NCBI RefSeq assembly: GCF_001194135.2
Contig: NC_068999.1
Coordinates: 36,904,554 to 36,968,553 of the forward strand
Origin: Octopus bimaculoides
Lineage: Eukaryota
Length of the DNA stretch: 64,000 bases
Direction of reading: 5' to 3'
Shown here: positions 54,981 to 64,000 of the stretch, piece by piece
Numbering within the stretch: the stretch's first letter is position 1
Layout: each line of letters starts with the position of its first letter
The notes under the pieces: generated by a model
Database searches by the model: none
What the model was told of the DNA's origin: nothing
What the model saw: only the letters and a program-made list of their open reading frames with translations
Program-made: the position numbers and the translations under genes

Positions 54981-55556
54981 CATACATACATACATACATA
55001 CACATACTTATGTATACATATGTATCTTTATATTTTACTTGTTTCAGTCATTGGCTGAGTTGGTAATGGTGTTGTGCAAAATATATTGTAGCATTTGATT
55101 TTGTTCCTCAACATTCTGAGTTCGATTTTCAGGCATTGACTTTGTTTTTCTTCATTTCATCATTTAATGTCCATTTTCCGTGCTAGCATGGTTTGGATGA
55201 CTTGACAGGAACTGGCAAATCCAGGAGCCACTTCAGTTTCCATAATCTGTTTTGTTTTGGTTTCTATGGCTGGATGCCCTTCCTAATGTCAACCACTCCA
55301 CTCCACAGAGTATACTGGGTGCTTTTTACATGGCACCTTGGTTTTAATTGTGTCTAAGCTGGCATGAGTTGGACCCATTCTAGGATGGAAAACGGACATT
55401 AAATGTTGATGATGATGATAATCTGTACTGAGGGTCAATTACATCAGCTAAACCTCTCCTGACCCTGTCCTACAATGTGTGGCCATGTGCTAATATTTGA
55501 AATCCTCATTGTTGTTCTTATTGTTATTATAGTAATTGTTATAATCTATTCCCCAG

Positions 55557-56055
55557 GTGCAACTATCTACCAGTAATATGGTTGGGGCATGTGCCGGAGC
55601 TTCTTGCTTGCCCTCAGGAGGCAGCCATTCCACATACAACTACATTGCCTCCAACAGCAGCAACGCAGGCCTGCAGTCAAAGGACAACCGTGCAGCTTTT
55701 GGTGGTATGAAGAAAGGTTTCTTAGAAAACATGACAAACAATTCCAGGGATGGCAGCAGTAATGTTGGTGGTGGTGGCGGCAGCAGCAGTGGTGGTGGTG
55801 GTGGTGGTATTAGTAATAGTAGTAGTAATAATAGTGGTGCTACTGGCAGTGCTGGTGCTAGTGGTGGTTGCAACAACAAACGCAGCAACGAGACGAAGAA
55901 TTTGATTGATTGTAACCAGATAGGCAGCAAGAAAACTTATAACAAGGACATGCCATTTATTAAACCAAAGAACACTGATGTTAGAAGTTCCAGTTTTGAA
56001 TTGCATGAAGAACTTGAAAATATCCGGGAGAAGCAGACACTTCTCAATTCCACAG
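55557..56055 (+). CDS. STI1-like domain gene exon 3 (G/S/N-rich; AFGGMKKGFL and DMPFIKPK motifs)
   Basis: ccccag|GTG CAA...ACA G|gttag; phase 0 in, phase 1 out. Confidence 0.85.
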
Positions 56056-56679
56056 GTTAGTCACACACAAATGAGGCTTTTTTTTTTACCATATTTGGAT
56101 TTATTTTTTTCATTTATTCTTTTATTTGTCCCAGTCATTTTTTACTGTAGCCATGCTGGAGCACTGCCTTAAAGGGTTTTTTGGTGGAAGAAACTGACCC
56201 CAGGACTTATTCATTGTAAGCCTAGTACTTATTCTATTGGTCTCTTTTGCTGAAGCGCTGGGTTACAGGGATGTAAACACACCAACATCAACTGATATAT
56301 GCATATATTTATATGTGTGTGTCTTTGTGTCCATGTTTGTCCTCCACCCACCCCACATTGCTTGACAACCAATGTTGGTGTGTTTATGTCCCTGTAACTT
56401 AGTACTAAGTACTAGGCTTACAAAGAGTAAGCCTTGGAGTTGATTTGTTCGACTTAACCCTTTAAGGCGGTGCTCTGGCATGGCCACACTCAAATGACTG
56501 AAACAAGTAAAAGAATAAAAGAATAAACAATATATGATTTAATAACTGACCTGGTCTTCAATTACTGCACTTTGTATTCATTATTGGCCGTTTCTTAATC
56601 TCACACTTTCAGTTGATGTCACTGCAAAAAGAAAAAAAAAATTGTGAAACTGAGTTTCTTTTCCCATTGTGTTTTCCAG

Positions 56680-56862
56680 AGTGGGTTACCGATGCCTTGT
56701 TGACACGTCTTCAAAGCAATCCAAATTTAATCGGTCGGCTCTCAGACCCTACTTTCATCGAAGCCATCACAGACTTCCAAAAGAACCCCCAGTCTGCTAT
56801 GGCCAAATACCAGGGAGACAAAGATCTTCAAGCATCTATGCAAGAATTCTGTAGTATATTAG
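56680..56862 (+). CDS. STI1-like domain gene exon 4 (first DP/STI1-like helical domain)
   Basis: ttccag|AG TGG...TTA G|gtaag; EWVTDALLTRLQSNPNLIGRLSDPTFIEAITDFQKNPQSAMAKYQGDKDLQASMQEFCSIL, with DP...NP pattern. Confidence 0.88.
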
Positions 56863-57269
56863 GTAAGGGTTTGATATTAAAAATTTGGAGTTTTTCAGAT
56901 CATACATTTATATAAAACAAGCCTTTAAATTCGAATTTTATGTGTAACACAGTGGTCCTTCATATATATATATATATATATGTTATAACTGCATTGATTC
57001 TATAAACAGATGTTGAGAGCCTTCTTAGTGGTGGCATGGTGGTTAGGGTGTTGAATTCATGGTTGTAAGATTGTGGTTTCGATTCCTGAACCAGGTGATG
57101 TGTTGTGTTCTTGAGCAAAACACTTCATTTCACATTGCTCCAGTCCACTCAGCTGGCAAAAATGTGTAGTCCTGTGATGGACTGTTGTTCCATCCAAGAA
57201 GAAATATATATGCCAGAGAACCTGGGGAAACCGACACTATGCTCATTACAGAGTAATGTAGACCAACCC

Positions 57270-57300
<31 letters not shown>

Positions 57301-57329
57301 TGAAACAGAATGAGATAGCAAATCCAAGG

Positions 57330-57780
57330 GTGTGATGAGTTTTCAGGACATTTATAATGAAATAGTCTTACAGCTGTTTCTGGGATATTATGGATATCCC
57401 TTCATCAGAGACTGTGTGAGAAAATATTTGAGTTCAAATTATTGTGCAAAAGGAGGTGATAAGGAATATAGAGGGAAATAAGAGGATGAAAGTAGAAATA
57501 AGATATATAAAGATATTGTTGTTCCAGTTCCATTATTCAAGGAAAATGGTGTATAGAAGTGGCTAAAATGTTACCTGTACATGGTATATAGGTTCCAATA
57601 GCAGTTCATGTTTAGTCGTTTCAAAGTATGGAGCCGTGGAATCAATGTTGCTCGTTCGAAAGGGTTTTGTGGTGTGAATGAAAATTTGAGAATGTATTGG
57701 TAGTATTTGTGGATAGAGGGGGTGGGGAAGATGTGTATGATTAGAAAGAAGAGATAGGTCAAATTTAAAACAGGAAGAGA
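57330..57780 (-). mobile_element. Possible Penelope-like element 3' remnant
   Basis: Hammerhead preceded on the - strand by ERATLIPRLHTLKRLN, loosely like a GIY-YIG C-terminus; no RT seen. Confidence 0.45.
57364..57413 (-). ncRNA. Minimal type I hammerhead ribozyme (Penelope-like element type)
   Basis: Minus strand: AGTCT-CTGATGA-a-GGGATAT-ccata-ATATCCC-a-GAA-ACAGCTGT-A-AGACT; stem I 5 bp, stem II 7 bp, palindromic stem III, GUA cleavage triplet. Confidence 0.85.
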
Positions 57781-58419
57781 AAATGAGAGGAAGAAAGAGA
57801 GAAAAAAAGGGAGGGAGAAAAAAGTGAAGGAAGTGAGAAAGGGAGTGTTAGTTGGTGGTCAAGATAATGTGATGGGAGGATGGGAGAGGTGTGGGGGAGG
57901 GATAGGAAGAGATGAGAAGGTAGGGAGTAAAAGAATGCGAGATATGTGAGTAGGGGTGATATGACAGAACTGCATTAAGGGATGGATAGAGAAAAGGTAG
58001 AGGAAAGGTTTGGGTGGGGTGATACTGAAGTGAGTAGTAAATTTGATAGTAAAATTTGAGGTGGACAGAAGAATACAAGGATGTCAAATTACTATAAATA
58101 GATATGTGTGATAGGCAGGACTAGGAGAGGAGGAAAGAAGGTATAATGGCATATATACACATGCACTCATATTCATATACATTTGTGAATATGTATAGAT
58201 ATACGTGCACATACACATATATACAGATGCATATATACACATGCATGCTCAAGCACAATGGTAGATGTATTTGTACATATATATGTGCGCATACACGTAT
58301 ATATACATGCACACGCACATACGTGCACGCAGTTGCACACACATTTACAGTCACACGCATGCACACATATAGGTACTTAGATATACATACACACCGAGAC
58401 CTTTGGAAATGTGCTGTGC

Positions 58420-58825
58420 GTGAGAAGACCTGGCAAGCCATGTAAGATCGTTGCCAGTGCCCCTGGACTGGCTCTTGTGCGGGTGGCACATGAGATGCAC
58501 CATTTTGAGCGTGGCCGTTGCCAGTACCGCCTGACTGGCTCCCGTAAGATTTTCGAGCGAGATCGTTGCCAGTGCCCCTGGACTGGCTTGTGCGGGTGGC
58601 ACATAAAAGACACCATTTCGAGCGTGGCCGTTTTCGTGCTGGTGACACGTAAAAGCACCCACTACACTCTCTGAGTGGTTGGCGTTAGGAAGGGCATCCA
58701 GCTGTAGAAACTCTGCCAAATTAGATTGGAGCCTGGTGTTGCCATCCGGTTTCACCAGTCCTCAGTCAAATCGTCCAACCCATGCTAGCATGGAAAGCGG
58801 ACGTTAAACGATGATGATGATGATG
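58420..58825 (+). mobile_element. SINE/LINE-tail family D ending in (GAT)n; young copies 9566-9803 and 52518-52746 (+), 48090-48262 (-), plus many older copies
   Basis: aagggcatccagctgtagaaa...ccaacccatgctagcatggaaagcggacgttaaacgatgatg; variable 5' truncation. Confidence 0.85.
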
Positions 58826-59025
58826 AATGTGGGTGGTGTAGAAGTGATGATGATGATGATGAAAATGGTTATAGTGAGGATTATTATTACAAAAAGATAC
58901 AAACAATGACTCGGATGATAAATAACAGTCCGTCACAATAATAACAGAAACAGTAGTGAGCATGGTGATAATGGAGGTGAAGTTGATGGTAGTAATTTTT
59001 TTTCTTTTCTCTCTTCATTTGCCAG

Positions 59026-59320
59026 GTGACCATCTCTTGAAGTTGGACAAGAAAGACGGCACTCACAAGCCGTGTAACTTGGCAGCAGCCACACCCCTTC
59101 AGGATGTGGCTGCTCCCTCCTCCGCCTCCTCCTCCTCCTCCTCCAGTGGCGAGGCTGCCTCTTCCTCCGCTTCTCTGAACCACATGTCTTCTGCTTACAT
59201 GGACAACGAGCATAGAATGCAGGACCTACTTACTGATCCTGAAATCCGGGAAGCCCTCGTTGACAAGAAGGTCCAAGAAGTAATTGCAATGCAAAGTCAA
59301 AACCCTGAAAGAGCCCAAAG
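59026..59320 (+). CDS. STI1-like domain gene exon 5 (Ser linker plus second DP/STI1-like domain); downstream exon not found
   Basis: tgccag|GT GAC...CAA AG|gttgg; ends MQDLLTDPEIREALVDKKVQEVIAMQSQNPERAQ(R). Confidence 0.85.
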
Positions 59321-59508
59321 GTTGGTGTTTTTTGTCTTTATCTTCTATTTTCTGTTTCAGTTGTTAGATTGTGGCCATGCTGGGGTACCACCTTGAATTT
59401 TTTTGTCAAATGTATCAACCCCAGTACTTATTTTTTTTTTTTTTTAAAGAACGGTACTTATTCTATCGGCCTCTCTTGGTGTGCTGTCAAGCAGTGATGG
59501 GGGACATA

Positions 59509-59542
<34 letters not shown>

Positions 59543-60993
59543 GATGGGTTTCTTTCAGTTTCCATTTACCAAGGCTAAACCCAGAACCATGTGGCTGGGA
59601 AGCAAGGGTTTCCTTTTATAATTTAATCAGAAGAGAAGGGACAATGCCCGTGTGTTTCCCAACCCCTTATTGACTGGTGAGGTTGATGTGGATATTGCCC
59701 AGTCTGAGCATCTTTAAAGAAAAAAGTGCATGAGATGGAGGAGGGACTGTCTTAGTCCAAATACTCAACAACAGAGTGAACTCTGCTAAAAACACCTGAG
59801 GATCAGCTGATGGTGCTGTTAAATTGAGTAGCATGTTGGGCCTAACAAATAGGATTTATCTTTTACTTGTTTCAGTCATTGGACTGCAGCCATGCTGGGT
59901 GCCACCTTGAAGGGTTCTAGTTGAACAAATCACTCCACCTCCCGATACTTATTTTGTAAGCCTACTACTTATTCTAACAGTCTCTGTTGCCAAACTCCTA
60001 TGTTACAGGAACACAAGCTGACACCAGTTGCCAAGCAGTGAATTGTGGACCAACAATAGCACACACATTTACATCATATATATAGCGGTTGTGTGGTATG
60101 ACTCATGCTTCCCAACCACATGGTTCCATTTTCAGTCCCACTGCATGGCACCTTGGGTAAATGTCTTCTACTATAGCCTCAGACCAACTAAAGTCTTGTG
60201 AATGGATTTTGTAGATGGAAACTGAAAAAAAGCATGTCGTATATATATATATATATATATATATATNNNNNNNNNNATATATATATATATATATATATAT
60301 GTGTGTATGTGTGTGCGTGTGTATGAGTTTGTACTCCTGCCATCACTTGACAACCAATGCTGGTGTGTTTATGTCCCTGTATCTTAGCAGTTTGGCACAA
60401 GAGACTAATAGAATAAGTACTAGGCTTACAAAGAATAAGTCCTCAGGTTGATTTCTTCAATTAAAATCCAAGGCGGTGCTCCAGCATGGCTACAAATAGC
60501 TGAAGCAAGTAAAAGAATAAAAGAATATATGCGATGAGCTTCCATGAGTTTCTATCTACCAAATTCACTCACAAGGCATTGGTTGACCTAGGGCTTTGGT
60601 AGAAAGCACTTACCCAAGTGTTGCACATTGGGGTTGAACCTGAAACCACATAGTTGCAAATGAGGCAATGGTTTTGGCAGGTCTCGCTGCCAAAATGTGA
60701 TATTGATATAGATAATGTCCATCTTCAACGTTTGTAATCAATATTTATAGATTTGATTATTTGCAACACAGTGAATTCTACTAAATGGAAGTACCCAAAG
60801 ACCAAGGGTTGATATTAAACAGGGTTGATATTAAACTTTAGAAGCAACTGCTCAAAACCAAAGGTACCCAAGTCCCAGGTGATTGTGCTTAACATAGTTT
60901 CATGTTAACACTACCATTGTTGTCCTATCATGCAACTATGTAAATTGTATTCTCAATAGAGTTATGTACCTTGACTCGGTCATCACTTTAACC

Positions 60994-61400
60994 CAGTGGG
61001 GTCACCAAACTTTTCTTTCACAGCAGGCCAGATAACTGAAAGAATGACAAGCGCAGGCTGCATAACCATTTTGTTCAATACAATACAGTGAAGGCATGAA
61101 AAATAAAGACAACCAACACATTTATTTACCAAAAAGTTAGCAATAAGATAGTTATATCACACCCAGTGTGCACATGTCCAAATCTCAGAAACTAAGCAGC
61201 AAAAAAGGTTGGTGAAATTTGTGAAACTGGTGTTTAGCTTTTAAGATATAATCAATATTTGCTTTGGAATTGCTGAATCCAACCAAGAGAATTACTTTCA
61301 AATGTGCAGGACTCAGCTTCAAGAAGCAATAACAGGCATGTGTGCGAAAGTCCTTGTTGGGACATATGAATCTGGCTAAATTTGCATAATTGATGAATAT
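60994..61400 (-). mobile_element. hAT (Buster/GTF2IRD2-like) transposase remnant with terminus
   Basis: End cagtggggtcaccaaactttt; - strand KDFRTH...PAHLKVILL...ILKAK...FAA resembles the hAT dimerisation region. Confidence 0.45.
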
Positions 61401-62037
61401 CAAACAGAATTGAAAAACACTGTAAGGGGATCATCATCATCATCATCATTTAATGTCCGTTTTCCATGCTGGCATGGGTTGGACAACTTGACAGGAGCTG
61501 GTAAAGCCAAGGGCCACACCAGGTTCCATAGTATGTTTTGGCTTGGTTTCTACAGTTGGAAGCTCTTCCTAATGCCAACCACTTTACAGTGTGTACTGGT
61601 TGCTTTTTATGTGCCACCAGCAGCCACATCAATGCTTTTTATGTGGAACCTTCTGTTGTGGAGGGCAGGTCTTTTTGAGTTAGATAATTGTCAAGTGGGT
61701 AGATCATTTTATGTCTGCTTTCAATGCTGATACATGTTGAACAGGTCAACTTAGATTCAGCACACAGTATATTGGGTGCATGTTTTTTTTGACACCAGCA
61801 GTGTCATGCCCCAGACAAGACCAAAGGGTTCTCTGCATATCTTTTATCATTTATATTTTATCTTTTAAATTCAAATTACGACAAACATAAACAAACAAAC
61901 GAAGTTTGCTTTTAGAAGCATTGAGATGTCTTAGAAAGTTAAAGAAGTGATTTTTAAATTCTCAATCGCAGGATAATGCTAAGCGTCTCATAAAGCGAGA
62001 TTTCTATACGTCTTAAATTTGCAGAGGAATCTGTAGT

Positions 62038-62116
62038 GGGGGAGTTTAGCTCAATCAGTCAGAGCATCGTGATGCGTAATCGTGGAGATGTGAGTTAGAG
62101 TCCACAGCTGACAGCC
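62038..62116 (+). other. tRNA-like sequence (pseudo-tRNA or orphan SINE head)
   Basis: A-box-like tagctcaatcagtcagagc and B-box-like gttagagtcc; no clean acceptor stem or anticodon arm. Confidence 0.3.
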
Positions 62117-62377
62117 TACACTTTTTTCTGCAAAATAGGGGTAGTTTATTAGCTTTATCTTCTACTTCTTTCAGTCATTAGACTGCAGCCATGCTGAGCC
62201 ACTGCCTTGAGGAATTTTTAGTCAGATGATTAGACCTCAGTACTCATTTTTTTAAAACCTGGTACTTAATCTATTGATCTCTTTTGCCAAACCGCTAAGT
62301 TATGGGGATGTAAGCACCAACAACGGTTGTCAAGCCATGGTGGGAGGACAAGCTCAGACACAAAGATACACATGCAC

Positions 62378-62412
<35 letters not shown>

Positions 62413-63239
62413 TGACAGGCTTCTTTCAGTTTCTGTCTATTAAATCCAGAACCATGTGATTGGAAAGTAAGCTCCTTACTACACAGCCAAGCTTGCATGT
62501 ATTTTATGTGTAACAATAAGTTGTTACTGATAATATATTGAAATTTTGTGATATATGATATATCACTATTATGCTGATTTGATTAATTGCATTAGAATTT
62601 CAGTTATTGAGGCTTTGCAATTAAACGGGGTCAACCAGGACCAGATTTTAAACCATGGAGGATTAAAATCTTAGAAAATTATCAAGTCCCAAAACTCATC
62701 CATTTCATGTAATTGAATTTGATGAGTTAGCAGAGAAAGTTTAAATAAATGACTGAAAATGTCACTTTATAGATACACTTTTTCAAAATTCAAATTTCAT
62801 TTTTTACACATCCACTTGCGGTGTTTGATTTTTTTCTTCATTGTGAAAATACAATGGAGGAGGGAAGAGTGGGGTAAGATTTTTTTCTTTTAATGCGAGT
62901 TACATGTTTCAGAATGTAGAACAAGATAAAATGACAGAAAATTACAAAAAAGAAAAAAAATATTTTTGTGGTTGTTGCTGTTCCATGATGAGTGTGTGTG
63001 AGAGAGAGGGAGGGGAGAGAGACAGTGGGGAGGGTAGACAAAAACAGGAAATTCAAACAGCAATTTCTGAAAGTCTGCTTTTCCAGTTTCCAAAATAAGA
63101 GTAAGTGGGGCACAATGAGTAATATTTACTGCATTTTTGACTTTGAAGTGAATATATTTTTTACAAATGTTTTCACTACCTTGCCAGAACTATATCAGTA
63201 AAGTAAAGATCTTCTCTAAACACAGTAAAACCTATAACA

Positions 63240-63660
63240 TATTCAGAACCCTTTCAGAAAATTATCACTGTTCTCTTTGAGCATATAAAAGACAAATTTA
63301 AGTGGAGCAATATGGGTAAGACAAGACAAACTAAATATGCCGTTCCATTTCTCCAGAATTAAATTTGAAAAAGGAATAATTCGCATAAACATCCATCCTT
63401 AGACATCAGAAATGCGACAAAATTTTAAATATCTTGGTCAAATAAAAGAGGATTACGGAAAAATAGCACATAATATGAAATTAATGAAACTCAACTAAAT
63501 CTAAAAACTCAACATAAAATATAGCTTCTTCAGCAAAAATTATCCAGATATTTCATTAGCTACCTCAATTACAATCGGAACAAATTTGAGGAAAACTTTC
63601 CTGAAAATAGTACCTGTCACCTATGTTTCAAACTCAACTTTAACAACTATGTAATCTAAA
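63240..63660 (+). mobile_element. Highly decayed LINE RT-like fragment
   Basis: MGKTRQTKY...F.YLGQI-like motifs across broken frames. Confidence 0.3.
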
Positions 63661-63732
63661 CTGACTAAATTTTGCTCCAACCACATAACTTATACTGACC
63701 AAAATTTACTCCCAAAGATGATGCAATGGTAC

Positions 63733-63996
63733 TGTTATATGGACTGTTAGATATGTAATTCGTCTGACGTTCCGTGTGTCATGTGGTTCGTCTGAGTTCA
63801 TTGTTTCATTGTTGTTGTCTTGTGGGACTGTCGGAGTAAAAGGTCATTGATATATATATGGCGGACATGACTTTTGTTTATTCATAACGAACATTGGGTG
63901 AGTGCGTTCTTTGTATGTAATTGAACAATAAATGTAATAATTAAATTGTATAACTCGTTGTGTTATCTCTGCGAGTCACCCGAGGGAAACATAACA
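63733..63996 (+). mobile_element. Solo LTR
   Basis: TGTTAT...ATAACA termini, internal TATATA and AATAAA, flanks GGTAC left and GGTA right (window ends). Confidence 0.75.
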
Positions 63997-64000
63997 GGTA

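Noticed and set aside
58440-58640. CRISPR-like or regularly spaced repeats
   Set aside because: Irregular internal modules of a eukaryotic retroposon; no unique spacers or cas genes
62904-63098. Possible last exon of the STI1-like gene (also acceptors near 60750 and 63357)
   Set aside because: In the required phase 2 each meets a stop within a few codons or gives no STI1-like continuation

Overview
AT-rich, microsatellite- and SINE-dense animal genomic DNA with ten N-gaps. The repeat families and intron sizes suggest a cephalopod, probably Octopus (inference, no search run). Two spliced + strand genes were reconstructed by hand. (1) The last seven coding exons of CCT2 (chaperonin TCP-1 beta), 1354-7627. 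(2) A gene with large introns, 13832 to beyond 59320, with a 16-nt first coding exon; it encodes a low-complexity Q/S/G-rich N-terminus and two STI1/HOP(DP)-like domains, and its last exon was not found. The rest is a patchwork of mobile elements: a decayed Gypsy retrotransposon, a solo LTR, RTE and L1/Tx1 LINE fragments, Helitrons, mariner/hAT/piggyBac-like MITEs and four SINE families. Most ORFs in the supplied track are microsatellite, gap or SINE artefacts. Top observations: a complete minimal type I hammerhead ribozyme motif (57364-57413, - strand, Penelope-like context), candidate H/ACA snoRNAs in CCT2 introns, a 51-bp near-perfect hairpin upstream of a coding exon, and a foldback element containing inverted TTAGGG repeats.
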